A DNA stretch of 64,000 nucleotides from NCBI GenBank assembly GCA_965221525.1, contig CBDCSG010000008.1:852575-916574 (forward strand). The letters run 5' to 3'. Made by a program: the position numbers and the translations under genes. Each line of letters starts with the position of its first letter. Position 1 is the stretch's first letter. The notes below the pieces were generated by a model. That model was given only the letters and a program-made list of their open reading frames with translations, was not told where the DNA came from and did not search any database. This DNA is from Acidimicrobiales bacterium (GTDB lineage: Bacteria > Actinomycetota > Acidimicrobiia > Acidimicrobiales > CATQHL01). Of the stretch, positions 9,501 through 19,795 are shown piece after piece.

Positions 9501-10069
9501 AGATCGAGGACGTGCGGACCGCCCGCCGCGACCTCACCAAGCTCGTCCGGTCCATCGACGCCGAGATCCTCGACGCCTTCTCCCGCTGCTACGGCGAGGT
9601 GGCCGAGAGCTTCGAGACTCTGTTCGGGGTCCTCTTCGAGGGCGGTGCCGGCAGGTTGCGCCTCACCGAGCCCGACAACCCGCTGGAGTCCGGCGTCGAG
9701 ATCGAGGCCCAACCTCCGGGCAAGAACCTCCGGAGGCTGGCGCTGCTGTCCGGGGGGGAGCGGTCGCTGGCCGCGCTGGCGTTCCTCTTCGCCGTCTTCC
9801 AGTCGCAGCGGTCCCCCTTCTACATCCTCGACGAGGTCGACGCGGCGCTCGACGACGTGAACCTGCATCGCTTCCTGCGGCTCGTGGAGGAGTTCCGCTC
9901 GCAAGCCCAACTCGTCCTCGTCTCACACCAGAAACCCACGATGGACATCGCCGACTGCCTGTACGGGGTGACGATGCGGCCGGGGAGCTCCAGCAAGGTG
10001 ATCGCCGAGCGCCGCAGCGCCGCTCACTCGCTCGTGGCGAGCGCCGCCGGGGGGCCGCAGGCCAACTGA
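6596..10069 (+). CDS. smc: Chromosome segregation protein SMC
   Basis: MFLKSLTLKGFKSFA, GPNGSGKSN, long coiled coils and hinge, LSGGERSL, LDEVDAALD. Confidence 0.97.
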   Translation: MFLKSLTLKGFKSFAQTAVVDFTPGLSVIVGPNGSGKSNIVDAVSWVLGSQAPTALRSQQMDDVIFAGNPGRPALGRAEVTLTLCNDDGRLPVDLPEVAISRTLFRSGESNYAINGAPARLIDIAELLAAAGVGRHRHVIVSQGRIDAVLNAKPTERRAILEEAAGVSAFRLRKEKALRRLADTEANLARLADQLNEVRRALRPLEQQASVARRHGALATELEALQIHRLGVELTDLRARRRDAATRRRDLADRRAAAGRRLTVVDGRIGEAESRLSGMGHMRLAEASERLAVLRDRTGAAQRAITERRRDEERNRQARLASDVVATLSGEAARIETALADNRSRRAALASAQEKLTAATRLLEADVEAHAARWRRPAGDGESSAELRGRLAALRDAAEQAESHERELTGASRRLQERLEGATAALGQSSDEVEARRADEVTASEALDAAARRQAEADEVEAAARRSQSEAAAAHDRWRSRVDALALAMGDVRARSGMEVLAGSDGVVGALGDLVAVDDGWEAAFEAAAGDALAAAVVDGSGAARAALAALSSAHVAGAVLPSHLRDADPPPVGDPLRRHVRARNDTVARVLDSLVGSVAVVPGWSEALDAVEAHPDATIVTPDGDCFSPGGWRVGVTRSGATGEALTEARENLRLGETALAAADREVAEAASAAAAASTAREAAAGAHRAAVRRLGEARQQAADIERRRASVRAEADVAAARAEESAQRARRHRSDVEETAAQLAERADAERAAEESAGSERAGLDRRRADLAGERRSLELGASEIRTRRTVLSDRLAEIRARLAGHESAMAEADADAQRSAALGELAERLGAAAGECTEGLERLRARQRRAAEAVARAAAQLETDRRRRGELASSLEELATELLGAQRSEDELGLRIENVVETLRDQYDCDDVRAAQSAEPALPSGATIGGRIRELERLLRSIGPVNPLAVREHEILRERHDQMASQIEDVRTARRDLTKLVRSIDAEILDAFSRCYGEVAESFETLFGVLFEGGAGRLRLTEPDNPLESGVEIEAQPPGKNLRRLALLSGGERSLAALAFLFAVFQSQRSPFYILDEVDAALDDVNLHRFLRLVEEFRSQAQLVLVSHQKPTMDIADCLYGVTMRPGSSSKVIAERRSAAHSLVASAAGGPQAN

Positions 10070-10131
10070 CCCGCCGTCGCGGCCCGGCGCGTAATCGACG
10101 GTGCAGTGCTCCGGGGCTACCGTTTGACGTG

Positions 10132-10908
10132 ATGCGAGTGCTCGTCGTCGACGACGAAGTGGACCTGGTGCTGGCAGTCGCCCGCGGCCTCCGCCGCGAG
10201 GGATACGCCGTGGACGAGGCGTTCGACGGTGCCGAGGCTCTCGAGAAGAGCGCCGCGGTGGCCTACGACGTCATCTGCCTGGACCTCACGATGCCGGTCA
10301 TCGACGGTGCCGAGGTCTGCCGCCGGCTCCGGGACCGCTCCCGCAGCAACCAGCCGCGGATCCTGATGCTCACCGCCCGCGACAGCCTCGAGGATCGGGT
10401 CGCCGGTCTCGACGACGGGGCCGACGACTACCTGGTGAAGCCGTTCGCGTTCAGCGAGTTGAGTGCGCGGATCCGGGCCCTGCTGCGCCGCGACGCCGGT
10501 CGGGGCGGCTCGCGGCTCGCCGTCGGCGACATCGAGATGGACGTGAGCCGGCACTCCGTCCGCCGCCAGGGCCACGAGGTCGTGCTGGCCCCCAAGGAGT
10601 TCACGCTGCTGCGATACTTCCTGAGCCGTCCCGGCGAGGTCATCTCCCAGGAGGAGCTGCTGGACCACGTCTGGGACGAGCACACCGATCCGTTCACCAA
10701 TACGGTGCGCGTGACGGTCGGCACGCTGCGGCGGAAACTCAGCCTCCCCGGCAGCCCCGCACCGATCGACACGGTCGTGGGTTCCGGGTACCGGCTCAAC
10801 GGATCGCCGGCCACAGCGGTGCCGGTGGGTTCGGGGCCCGAGGATCCCTCCTGCGTGCTCGGCGACGTGCCCACGTCGGCATCGTCGAGTTCGGCCCCGT
10901 TCCCCTGA
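10132..10908 (+). CDS. OmpR-family response regulator
   Basis: MRVLVVDDE, LDLTMP, GADDYLVKPF, winged-helix C-terminus; an in-frame GTG at 10129 is an alternative start. Confidence 0.94.
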   Translation: MRVLVVDDEVDLVLAVARGLRREGYAVDEAFDGAEALEKSAAVAYDVICLDLTMPVIDGAEVCRRLRDRSRSNQPRILMLTARDSLEDRVAGLDDGADDYLVKPFAFSELSARIRALLRRDAGRGGSRLAVGDIEMDVSRHSVRRQGHEVVLAPKEFTLLRYFLSRPGEVISQEELLDHVWDEHTDPFTNTVRVTVGTLRRKLSLPGSPAPIDTVVGSGYRLNGSPATAVPVGSGPEDPSCVLGDVPTSASSSSAPFP

Positions 10909-10948
10909 TCGGCCACGTCGCCGTGGGACCCGCCGCCGGACGACACCC

Positions 10949-12214
10949 ATGACTCCCACCGGGCGTGACGAGCCCCTCCGCCGCCGTCTCTACCGTTCCG
11001 CCGGTTCGATCCGCTTCCGTCTCGCCCTGATCTACAGCGTGCTGCTCGTCGGGTTGGGGGCCATCGTCGTGGGCGGGATCTATTGGGGGCTGTCACGGCG
11101 GCTCGACGAGTCGCCGGTGGCGCAGTCCATCCCGGTGGAGCGGGTCGACCCTGGCGGAGCGGTCCTCGCGGGCGACGAGGCGGCGTTGCGGGAGGCACTC
11201 GTCGTCGTTGAGATGGAGTCCAACGACCGCGTCCGGCGGATGCTCCGGGACGACTCCCGCATCGCCCTGGCGATCCTGGCCGGCGCGAGTCTCGTGGTGG
11301 GTTGGCTCCTGGCCGGCCACGTGCTCAAACCCGTGGGGCGCATCACCGAGGTGGCGCGACGGATCAGCGCGACCGACCTGTCGCAGCGGATCGCTCTGGA
11401 GGGCCCGCCCGACGAGATGCGGCGTCTCGCCGACACGTTCGATGAGATGCTCGACCGCCTCGATCGCTCCTTCGGCGCGCAGCGGAGATTCGTCGAGGAC
11501 GCGTCCCATGAGCTGCGCAACCCGCTGGCGGTGATCCGGAGCAATCTCGACACGACGCTGGCGGACCCCGATGCCACCACCGAGGACCTGCGCTTCGCCA
11601 CCGAGCAGGTGAACCGCTCGGTGGACCGGATGGCCCGCGTCGTGGAGGATCTGGTGACTTTCGCCCGCCACGAGACGCGCCCGCAGCAGTTGACACTCGT
11701 GGATCTCGGCGAGCTGGGGCGCCACACGATCGCCGAGTTCGAGGCGTATGCCGCCAACCACGATGTGCAGTTGACGCATTACGCGCCCCAGAGCCTGCTG
11801 GCTCTGGGTGACAGCGGGAGCCTCCGGCAGGCGGTGGCCAACCTGCTGTCCAACGCCCTGCGGGTGGCGCCGGGTGGCACCGAGGTCCGGGTCACGGCGG
11901 GCGGCGACGGATCCTGGGTGTGGCTGGCGGTCGAGGACCAGGGTCCCGGGATCCCCGAGGCCGACCAGGAGCGTGTGTTCCAGAGGTTCCAGCGCGGCCG
12001 GGAGGCGTCGGGACTGGGGACCGGCCTGGGCCTGGCGATCGTGCGCCAGATCGCCGAATCGCATCGCGGCGAGGTGCGTCTCTCGTCCACCGAGGGCGTC
12101 GGATCCATCTTCACGATCCTGCTGCCGGCGACCGGTGCGGGCAGCCCCGGTGCCAGGACGAGGCGAGCCCGACCCAGCAGGCGCAGCCCGGAGCAGGTTC
12201 CCGCATCGCTCTGA
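10949..12214 (+). CDS. HAMP-domain sensor histidine kinase
   Basis: Two TM segments, HAMP, ASHELRNPL H-box, NLLSNA, DQGPGI, GTGLGLAI. Confidence 0.94.
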   Translation: MTPTGRDEPLRRRLYRSAGSIRFRLALIYSVLLVGLGAIVVGGIYWGLSRRLDESPVAQSIPVERVDPGGAVLAGDEAALREALVVVEMESNDRVRRMLRDDSRIALAILAGASLVVGWLLAGHVLKPVGRITEVARRISATDLSQRIALEGPPDEMRRLADTFDEMLDRLDRSFGAQRRFVEDASHELRNPLAVIRSNLDTTLADPDATTEDLRFATEQVNRSVDRMARVVEDLVTFARHETRPQQLTLVDLGELGRHTIAEFEAYAANHDVQLTHYAPQSLLALGDSGSLRQAVANLLSNALRVAPGGTEVRVTAGGDGSWVWLAVEDQGPGIPEADQERVFQRFQRGREASGLGTGLGLAIVRQIAESHRGEVRLSSTEGVGSIFTILLPATGAGSPGARTRRARPSRRSPEQVPASL

Positions 12215-12317
12215 GAAACCGCGGCGCAACCGCGGGTTCCCGGCGTCTCTCCGGGTCCCCGCGCCAATAGCGTGGATGGCACGCACATGGCATTCGCGGC
12301 CCCGAAACAGAGTTCAC

Positions 12318-13961
12318 ATGGCTGACGACCATCGCCGCCCACCGGGCGATCCCGATGAGGCTCCGTCCGCGGCGCGGCCGACCGATCCGTCCGCGGCCGG
12401 TGGGCCCGGCGGCGAGGGTGGACAGGCCGAGCCCCGCCAGAGCGGTGCATCGTGGCCCCGCGCCTATGACCAGGCCTGGATGCACGGGTGGGGAGAGCAG
12501 GCCCGCGCCCCCGGCGCCGGAACGCCTCCGCCGGGGCCGGAGGGACCGCGCCGCGGTCGCAGGAGCCGCCGACCGACGTTGACCCCGGGCGCCTTCGCCG
12601 TCCTCGTGAGCCTGGCCGCGCTCGGGCTCGGTGTGACGGCGGTCTTCCTGGCGGTACCGGGTGCGCCGACCGAGACGGTCCGCTACATCCAGGTGCGTCC
12701 CCCGGAGGTCGTCGGGCCCGCCCCCGAGCCGGGGGCGCCGTCGCGCACGCCGCCGGTGGCCGCCGAGGCGCCGCTGCCGGTCGCACCGGCGGAGACCGAG
12801 AGCACCCCGCAGGGGGTGCCCGACCCGGGTGGAACGCCGCCGCCCCCGCCGCCGGTGGCCGCCGAGTCGCCGCAGCCGGTGGCGCCCGCGCCGGCGCCGC
12901 AGGAGCCGGTCGTCGCGGCCGCCAGCCGGGTGGAGCCGTCCGTCGTGCTGCTGCAGACGTCGCAGGGCCAGGGCTCGGGGATCATCTACGACTCCGCGGG
13001 GTTCGTCCTGACGGCGGCCCATGTCGTCGAGGGCGCCGAGCCGCTCGACGACCTCTTCGGGCCCGACGGTGGGGCTGCGCCCGGTGGCCCGCGCGGCGAG
13101 GATCTCGACATCGACCCCTCCGACGGGCTCGATGCGTTGGACACACCCGACGGGTCCGCGGGCGATGCCGCCGACGTCCCCGATGTCGTCGTCCAGCTCG
13201 CCAACGGCGTGCGGACCGGCGGCAAGGTGCTGGCGGCCAACCGCGAACTCGACGTGGCGGTCGTGCAGATCGACCCGTCGCTGGAGCTCACGGTCGCCCA
13301 GATCGGCAGTCTCGCGACCGTCGAGGTGGGCCAGACGGCGGTGGCGGTGGGGAGCCCGTTCGGCATGGAGAACATCGTGACCGTCGGCGTCGTCAGCGCG
13401 GTGAACCAGGTCCTCGGCGGCGACGACATGCCGCCCCTCGGCATGATCCAGACCGACGCCCCCATCAACTTCGGCAACAGCGGCGGCGCCCTCGCCGACC
13501 TCCAGGGCCGGGTGATCGGCATGAACGTGGCGATCCAGTCCACCGTCGGCGGAGGCAACATCGGCGTCGGCTTCGCCACGCCCATCGAGGTGGCCATCTG
13601 GATTGCCGAGGAGTTGCGGGCCGGCCGGGAGGTGCGGTTCGGGTTCCTGGGCATCACCGGCTACACCCCGCCGCTCGGCGAGCCCGGCGCGATCGTGGCG
13701 TCGGTCACCCCCGGTGGTCCCGCCGAGGCCGCCGGCATGGAGGTCAACGACCGGATCATCTCCTTCGACGGCCAGCCGGTTGCCTCGATGGACGAACTGG
13801 CGGTGGCGGTGCGGCTGCGGACGCCGGGCAGCGAGGTGGTCGTCGAGGTGGTCCGGGACGATCTCCTGATCCGTCTGTTCATCCCGCTCGGCGACCGCGG
13901 GGAGTCGCTCGACGTTCTCGTCGAGGACGAAGAGGGCGACGACCCCGAGATTGATCCCTAG
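12318..13961 (+). CDS. Membrane-anchored HtrA/DegP-type serine protease (trypsin + PDZ)
   Basis: TAAHVV, DVAVV, IQTDAPINFGNSGG triad motifs, C-terminal PDZ, one TM segment and Pro-rich linker; start uncertain. Confidence 0.92.
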   Translation: MADDHRRPPGDPDEAPSAARPTDPSAAGGPGGEGGQAEPRQSGASWPRAYDQAWMHGWGEQARAPGAGTPPPGPEGPRRGRRSRRPTLTPGAFAVLVSLAALGLGVTAVFLAVPGAPTETVRYIQVRPPEVVGPAPEPGAPSRTPPVAAEAPLPVAPAETESTPQGVPDPGGTPPPPPPVAAESPQPVAPAPAPQEPVVAAASRVEPSVVLLQTSQGQGSGIIYDSAGFVLTAAHVVEGAEPLDDLFGPDGGAAPGGPRGEDLDIDPSDGLDALDTPDGSAGDAADVPDVVVQLANGVRTGGKVLAANRELDVAVVQIDPSLELTVAQIGSLATVEVGQTAVAVGSPFGMENIVTVGVVSAVNQVLGGDDMPPLGMIQTDAPINFGNSGGALADLQGRVIGMNVAIQSTVGGGNIGVGFATPIEVAIWIAEELRAGREVRFGFLGITGYTPPLGEPGAIVASVTPGGPAEAAGMEVNDRIISFDGQPVASMDELAVAVRLRTPGSEVVVEVVRDDLLIRLFIPLGDRGESLDVLVEDEEGDDPEIDP

Positions 13962-15036
13962 GCGGATCCGGAGCAATGCCGACCGTGACGATCCCCGTCG
14001 TTCCGGGGAAGGCCGGAACCCATCATCAGCCGGCGCGACCGACGCTGTCGGCGGCCGGTTCGGCACACTGGCGGGTATCGACGGACCCGTGATCTCCGAT
14101 CGCGCGGGCAACGTGAGTCGGGACACCTCCCGCTGGCGCCCGCGCCTGGCCAAGGCCCGCGCCGCCCTCGGCGGGCGCCTCGGGGCCGCGCTGGCGCGCC
14201 CGAGCCTCGACGCCGGGACGTGGGAGGCGCTGGAAGAGGCCCTCCTGGTGGCGGACGTGAGCCTCGATGTCGCCGAGGACCTGCTGGGGCGGCTCCGGGC
14301 CGATGTCGCCGAGCGCCGCATCGCCGATCCCGCGGAGTTGCGCGCCCTCCTCGTCGATGCCGTCGCCGATCTGATGCACGCACCCGACGCCGGACTCGAC
14401 CGTTCAGGATCTCCGGCGGTCTGGTTGTTCGTCGGGGTCAACGGTTCGGGCAAGACCACGACCATCGGCAAGCTCGCAGCGGCCGAGGTCGCAGCGGGGC
14501 GGCGCGTCGTGGTCGCCGCCGGCGACACCTTCCGCGCCGCGGCCACCGAGCAACTCGGCGTCTGGGCCGAGCGGGCCGGGGCGCACATGGTGCGCGGCAA
14601 TCCCGGCGGGGACCCGGCCTCTGTCGTCTTCGACGCCATCTCCCATGCGGCCGCAACCGGTGCCGACGTGGTGATGGCCGACACCGCCGGTCGCCTGCAC
14701 ACCAACCACAACCTCATGGGCGAGTTGGCGAAGATCCGCCGGGTGGCCGGGAAGGCGCCGGGACACGTCAGTGAGGTCCTCGTCACCCTCGACGCCACGA
14801 CCGGTCAGAACGGCCTCGCCCAGGCCCGGCGCTTCGGCGAGGCGGCCGGTGTGACCGGCGCCGTGCTGACCAAGCTGGACGGCTCGGCGCGGGGCGGCTC
14901 CGTCCTGTCGGTGCGTGCCGAACTCGGCGTTCCGGTCAAGCTCGTCGGCCTCGGCGAGGGGCTCGGTGATCTCGTTGCGTTCGACGCGGCCGCCTTCGCC
15001 TCGGCCCTCGTGGGGGAGGAGTACGCCGATGTTTGA
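13951..15036 (+). CDS. ftsY: Signal recognition particle receptor FtsY
   Basis: GVNGSGKTTTIGKLA, DTFRAAA, DTAGRLH, TKLDGSARGG; true start may be later (e.g. GTG at 14089). Confidence 0.95.
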   Translation: MIPRRIRSNADRDDPRRSGEGRNPSSAGATDAVGGRFGTLAGIDGPVISDRAGNVSRDTSRWRPRLAKARAALGGRLGAALARPSLDAGTWEALEEALLVADVSLDVAEDLLGRLRADVAERRIADPAELRALLVDAVADLMHAPDAGLDRSGSPAVWLFVGVNGSGKTTTIGKLAAAEVAAGRRVVVAAGDTFRAAATEQLGVWAERAGAHMVRGNPGGDPASVVFDAISHAAATGADVVMADTAGRLHTNHNLMGELAKIRRVAGKAPGHVSEVLVTLDATTGQNGLAQARRFGEAAGVTGAVLTKLDGSARGGSVLSVRAELGVPVKLVGLGEGLGDLVAFDAAAFASALVGEEYADV

Positions 15037-16549
15037 GACGCTCAGCGGCCACCTCGAGGAGATCTTCGGTCGCCTGCGCCGCAAGGGGCGGCTGCGCCCC
15101 GAGGACATCGACGAGGCGCTCGCGGAGATCCGCCGGGCGCTGCTGGCGGCCGACGTGGCGGTGAGCGTGGTGACGGCGTTCCGGGACCGGGTGCGGACCC
15201 AGGCGCTCGCCGCCGATCTGCACCGGGCCCTGAATCCCGCCCAGCAGGTCATCCGGATCGTGCACGACGAGCTCGTGCGCACGCTCGGCGGAGACGCCAT
15301 GCCGATCACGTTCGCGTCGCGCCCGCCGACGGTGGTGCTGTTGGCCGGCCTGCAGGGCTCGGGCAAGACGACGGCTGCGGGCAAGCTGGCGCGCTGGTTC
15401 CGCAGCCAGGGGCGCAGCCCCCTGCTGGTGGGGGCCGATCTCACTCGCCCCGCGGCCGTCGAGCAGTTGCGCGTCCTCGGGTCGCAACTCGGGGTGCCGG
15501 TCTTCAGCGAGGCCGGCGATCCCGTGGCCGTGGCCGCCGCAGGGCTTGCCGAGGCGCGCCGGCTCGGCCGCGACGTGGTGATCTGCGACACCGCCGGGCG
15601 CCAGGTCGTCGATGAAGAGTTGATGGCCGAGGTGCGGGACGTCTCGGCGGCGATCGATCCGCACTACACCTTCCTGGTGCTCGACGCCATGATCGGCCAG
15701 GAGGCCGTACGCGTCGGCGAGACCTTCGGTGAGGTGCTCGGGCTCGATGCGGTGATCCTCACGAAGCTCGACGGCGACGCACGAGGCGGGGCCGCCCTGT
15801 CGGTCCGCGAGGTCGTGGGCTGTCCCGTGGCGTTCATCTCGGTGGGCGAGAGCCTCGGCGACTTCGAACGGTTCCACCCCGATCGCCTGGCCGGGCGGAT
15901 CCTCGGCATGGGTGACCTGCTCTCGCTGGCGGAGAAGGCCGAGGCGACCTACGAGGGCAAGCAGGCCGCCGAGGCGGTCGAGGCCGCGGGCCGCGTGCTC
16001 ACCGGCGACTTCACCCTCGACGACTTCGCCGAGCAGATGCGGCAGGTCCGCAAGCTGGGAGGGCTGGGCGACGTGCTGGCGCACCTGCCGTCCGAGCAGG
16101 CCGGCCAGGTCGCCGAGGCCGGGGTGGACGAGCGCCGGATCGCCCGGATGGAGGCCATCATCTGCTCGATGACGCCCGCCGAGCGGGCGCAACCGGCCAT
16201 CATCGAGGGTTCCCGGCGGCGCCGCATCGCCGCGGGCAGCGGCACGACGACCGCCGAGGTGGCCGAACTGATCCGCAACTTCAACGCCGCCCGCAAGATG
16301 ATGCGGACGGCCCAGCGGGCGGGGGCGCGCCGCAAGTCCAGGGGCACCAAGGGCACCAGGGGCCGCAAGGGCAAGGGCGGGGCCAGGGGCGGCGGCTCAC
16401 GCGTCACGCCTGCGGGAGGGGCCAGAACCGGGGCGGCGTCGGATCTGCTGCGCCAACTCGAAGGGTTCGAGTCGCCGCCGGACCCGGGAGGCTCGGGCAC
16501 GTCGCCGCGCCGCCCGGACCCCGGCCCGCTCGCCTTTCCCGGCCGCTGA
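15029..16549 (+). CDS. ffh: Signal recognition particle protein Ffh
   Basis: [29 protein letters not shown]-domain [11 protein letters not shown]. Confidence 0.96.
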   Translation: MFETLSGHLEEIFGRLRRKGRLRPEDIDEALAEIRRALLAADVAVSVVTAFRDRVRTQALAADLHRALNPAQQVIRIVHDELVRTLGGDAMPITFASRPPTVVLLAGLQGSGKTTAAGKLARWFRSQGRSPLLVGADLTRPAAVEQLRVLGSQLGVPVFSEAGDPVAVAAAGLAEARRLGRDVVICDTAGRQVVDEELMAEVRDVSAAIDPHYTFLVLDAMIGQEAVRVGETFGEVLGLDAVILTKLDGDARGGAALSVREVVGCPVAFISVGESLGDFERFHPDRLAGRILGMGDLLSLAEKAEATYEGKQAAEAVEAAGRVLTGDFTLDDFAEQMRQVRKLGGLGDVLAHLPSEQAGQVAEAGVDERRIARMEAIICSMTPAERAQPAIIEGSRRRRIAAGSGTTTAEVAELIRNFNAARKMMRTAQRAGARRKSRGTKGTRGRKGKGGARGGGSRVTPAGGARTGAASDLLRQLEGFESPPDPGGSGTSPRRPDPGPLAFPGR

Positions 16550-16683
16550 CGGTCGGCGGGCCGGCCGCGGCGACCGGTGTCGGGCCCCGGAGATGGAACG
16601 GGGCCGATTTCACGGCACACTGTTTGGCGACGCCGGAGCCAGCGGGCCCGGCGACGGATCTCCCACCGAGAGGGGAACGAATC

Positions 16684-16992
16684 GTGGCAGTGCGGCTTCG
16701 CCTGATGCGCAGGGGCAAGAAGAAGCAGCCCACCTACAGGGTGGTGGCCGCCGACTCGCGCTCAGCGCGTGACGGGCGGTTCATCGAATCGATCGGCTAC
16801 TACGACCCCCGCCAGGAGCCGTCGGTCGTCAGCATCGACAACGAGAAGGCGCTGAAGTGGCTCCGCAACGGCGCGCAGCCCAGCGAGCGCGTCGAGAAGC
16901 TCCTCAAGATCTCCGGCGCCTGGACCGAGTTCCGGGGCGGGTCGTCCCGGCTCGAGGACCTCGACGCCGCCCCCGAAGGCGCGTCCTCGTGA
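16684..16992 (+). CDS. rpsP: 30S ribosomal protein S16
   Basis: [35 protein letters not shown]. Confidence 0.97.
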   Translation: MAVRLRLMRRGKKKQPTYRVVAADSRSARDGRFIESIGYYDPRQEPSVVSIDNEKALKWLRNGAQPSERVEKLLKISGAWTEFRGGSSRLEDLDAAPEGASS

Positions 16993-17261
16993 GCGACGAA
17001 TACAACGACGCGACCGACGCCCCCCGGGCGCGGGCGGTCCTGGAACACATCGTCCGCTCGGTCGTGGAGATGCCCGACGCGGCCCGCGTGGAGGCGGTCC
17101 CCGACGGCAGAGACATCCGGCTCGACGTGCACGTGGACCGCGACGACATCGGCCGGGTCATCGGCCGCCGCGGCCGCGTGGCGGGCGCCATCCGCACCGT
17201 CGTGCGCGCCGCCGCGGTGAACGACGGCTGTTCGGTGGTCGTCGACTTCGTCGAGCCCTAG
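16989..17261 (+). CDS. khpA: KH-domain RNA-binding protein KhpA
   Basis: [20 protein letters not shown]; rpsP-khpA-rimM order. Confidence 0.9.
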   Translation: MSDEYNDATDAPRARAVLEHIVRSVVEMPDAARVEAVPDGRDIRLDVHVDRDDIGRVIGRRGRVAGAIRTVVRAAAVNDGCSVVVDFVEP

Positions 17262-17268
17262 TCCCGAC

Positions 17269-17772
17269 ATGACGCCCCCGGCAGGCCCGGCGGCGGATCT
17301 TCTGGAGGTCGGGCGGATAGACCGGCCGCACGGCGTCAAGGGCGAGGTCGTGGTGTCGCTCGTGACCAACCGCACCGAACGGCTGGAGCCGGGCGCCGAG
17401 TTGCAGACCGTTGAGGCGACCCTGAAGGTGCGCCGTGCGCGCCCGTTCGGGAAGCGCTGGGTCGTCGCCTTCGAGGGCGTCGCCGACCGCGACGCCGCCG
17501 AGGGGCTCCGAGCGGCGGTGCTGCGCGCCGCGCCGCTGGAGGACCCGGACGAACTCTGGGTCCACGAGCTGATCGGCAGCGATCTGGTGTGCACGGCGGG
17601 CACGGCTCGCGGCAAGGTCGTCGCCGTGCAGGCCAACCCGGCCAGCGACCTGCTCGTCACCGACTCCGGGGCGCTGGTGCCGCTGAGGTTCGTGGTCTCG
17701 GCGGGACCCACCGACGGCGGGCCCGCTCGCGTCGTCGTCGACGCGCCGGCGGGCCTGTTCGACCTGCCCTAG
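17269..17772 (+). CDS. rimM: Ribosome maturation factor RimM
   Basis: [26 protein letters not shown] barrel. Confidence 0.93.
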   Translation: MTPPAGPAADLLEVGRIDRPHGVKGEVVVSLVTNRTERLEPGAELQTVEATLKVRRARPFGKRWVVAFEGVADRDAAEGLRAAVLRAAPLEDPDELWVHELIGSDLVCTAGTARGKVVAVQANPASDLLVTDSGALVPLRFVVSAGPTDGGPARVVVDAPAGLFDLP

Positions 17773-17870
17773 CCGCGCCGCGTGATCCCGAGAAGCAGGT
17801 CGCGTCATTCCGGCGAGGGCCGGGACCCGTCCGGCGGCGTGCGGCCGGAGGCGCCGCAGGGGAGGAGCCG

Positions 17871-18602
17871 GTGAGGGTCGACGTGATCTCCATCTTCCCC
17901 GACATGATCGAGCAGTTCGCCGCCCACAGCCTGCTCGGCAAGGCCCGCGGGGACGGCGTCTTCGAGTTGCGGGTGCTGGACCTGCGGTCGGTGGCCATCG
18001 ATCCCCATCGATCCGTCGACGATGCGCCCTTCGGTGGCGGTCCCGGCATGGTGCTCGCACCCGAACCCATCTTCGAGACCGTCGAGCGCGCCGGGGTGCG
18101 GCGACCGCTGATCCTGCTCTCGCCTTCGGGGCGGCGGCTGGACCAGCAGACCGTCGCCGAACTCGCCGCCGGGGAGGGATTCTCGCTGCTGTGCGGGCGT
18201 TACGAGGGAGTGGACGAGCGTGTCCGCAGCGACCTTGCCGACGACGAGATCTCCGTCGGCGACTACGTGCTGGCCGGGGGCGAGGTGGCGGCGATGGTGG
18301 TCCTCGAAGCGGTCGTGCGGTTGCTGCCGGGCGTGATGGGGAACGCCGCCTCGGGCGCCGACGACTCGTTCAGCGGCGGTCTCCTGGGTTACCCGCAGTA
18401 CACGCGGCCGGCGGACTTCAGGGGCATGGGCGTCCCCGACGTCCTCCGCTCGGGGGACCACGGCCGGATCGACCGCTGGCGCCGGGCGCAGGCGCTGGCG
18501 CGGACCCGGGAGTCGCGTCCCGACCTGATCGAGGCGCGCGGCGGCCTCAGCGACGCCGACATCGAACTCCTCGAGGAATTCGACCTGCTGCCCGACGGCT
18601 GA
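17871..18602 (+). CDS. trmD: tRNA (guanine-N1)-methyltransferase TrmD
   Basis: [40 protein letters not shown]. Confidence 0.97.
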   Translation: MRVDVISIFPDMIEQFAAHSLLGKARGDGVFELRVLDLRSVAIDPHRSVDDAPFGGGPGMVLAPEPIFETVERAGVRRPLILLSPSGRRLDQQTVAELAAGEGFSLLCGRYEGVDERVRSDLADDEISVGDYVLAGGEVAAMVVLEAVVRLLPGVMGNAASGADDSFSGGLLGYPQYTRPADFRGMGVPDVLRSGDHGRIDRWRRAQALARTRESRPDLIEARGGLSDADIELLEEFDLLPDG

Positions 18603-18721
18603 GCGCGCCGGCCGGCCCCACCCGGACCCGGCTTCCCGGTGGCGCCCGGGCGGCGGCGCCGTATCCTGCACTCTCGCGTTTCCCCCATCCCACGTGACGC
18701 AATCGTGATTGGAGACCGGAC

Positions 18722-19069
18722 ATGCAGCCCACCGACCTGGTCGATGTGCAGAGCCTGCGAAGTGACATCCCGGAATTCCGGCCCGGCGACACCGTCAAGG
18801 TGCACGTCCGCGTCGTCGAGGGCAACCGCGAGCGCATCCAGGTCTTCCAGGGTGTGGTCATCGCACGGCGAGGCTCGGGGGTGAGGGAGACCTTCACCGT
18901 TCGCAAGGTGAGCTTCGGTGTCGGGGTGGAGCGCACCTTCCCGGTCCACACGCCGAGCATCAAGCAGGTGGAGGTCGTCACCCAGGGCCGGGTGCGGCGC
19001 GCCAAGCTCTACTACCTGCGCGACCGCGTCGGCAAGGCCGCCAAGGTTCCCGAGCGGCGCACCGTCTGA
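18722..19069 (+). CDS. rplS: 50S ribosomal protein L19
   Basis: [34 protein letters not shown]. Confidence 0.98.
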   Translation: MQPTDLVDVQSLRSDIPEFRPGDTVKVHVRVVEGNRERIQVFQGVVIARRGSGVRETFTVRKVSFGVGVERTFPVHTPSIKQVEVVTQGRVRRAKLYYLRDRVGKAAKVPERRTV

Positions 19070-19089
19070 ACCGGCGCGGCGCGGCGGCC

Positions 19090-19434
19090 ATGACCGTCGG
19101 CCGGCAGCGACTCGGTCGCTGGGGGGAGGACAAGGCGGCGGCGTGGTACCGCGAGCGCGGTTGGAACGTGCTGGACCGCAACTGGCGCGGTTCGGGCGGT
19201 GAGATCGACCTGGTGCTCCGGCGCGACGACGTCATCGTGTTCTGCGAGGTGAAGACGCGTTCGGGTACCCGCTACGGGACCGCGGCCGAAGCGGTCGACC
19301 ACCGCAAGCAGCAGCGGATCCGGCGATTGGCCGTCCAGTGGCTGCGCGGCGCCGACGAGGGGGCGGGGGAGTTGCGCTTCGATGTGGCCTGCGTGCAGAA
19401 CGGCCGGGTGGAGGTCCTGGAAGGGGCGTTCTGA
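19090..19434 (+). CDS. YraN family (UPF0102) endonuclease-like protein
   Basis: LGRWGEDKAA, RNWR..GEIDLV, VFCEVKTR, RFDV. Confidence 0.92.
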   Translation: MTVGRQRLGRWGEDKAAAWYRERGWNVLDRNWRGSGGEIDLVLRRDDVIVFCEVKTRSGTRYGTAAEAVDHRKQQRIRRLAVQWLRGADEGAGELRFDVACVQNGRVEVLEGAF

Positions 19435-19465
19435 GGTGGCCCGCCGGTACAGTGAACCTCCGGTA

Positions 19466-19540
19466 CGGGCTGTGGCGCAGCTTGGTTAGCGCGTTGGTCT
19501 GGGGGACCAAAGGTCCCGGGTTCAAATCCCGGCAGCCCGA
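19466..19540 (+). tRNA. tRNA-Pro (GGG)
   Basis: Cloverleaf CGGGCTG...CAGCCCGA; anticodon arm TTGGT-CTGGGGG-ACCAA; T-loop GTTCAAATCC; CCA not encoded. Confidence 0.96.
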
Positions 19541-19795
19541 CTCTGTGGTACCCGGGCGGGGGTGCCGGTGGCGCTCCGGCGGCCGCAGCAAATGGCAACC
19601 CTGCGCCGGCCCCCGGCACCCCCACCCTCCGCCGTCGTGGTCCGCCGGCACTTGCCGTTCCGGCGAATGCCGGAATCCGGGTTCGCCACCCCCGCCCCCG
19701 GTCGTCGGCGGCGTTCGCGGCGGGGCCGGGGTTGGGGAAGTCTTGCTAGAGTGCTCCGCGACCGCACTGATTCGACGTAGCCACGGAGGTCGGAA

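Noticed and set aside
19741-19757. CIRCE (HrcA operator) upstream of dyp
   Set aside because: Only a GAGTGCT half-site; the TTAGCACTC arm is absent. No CIRCE was seen before hrcA or dnaJ either.
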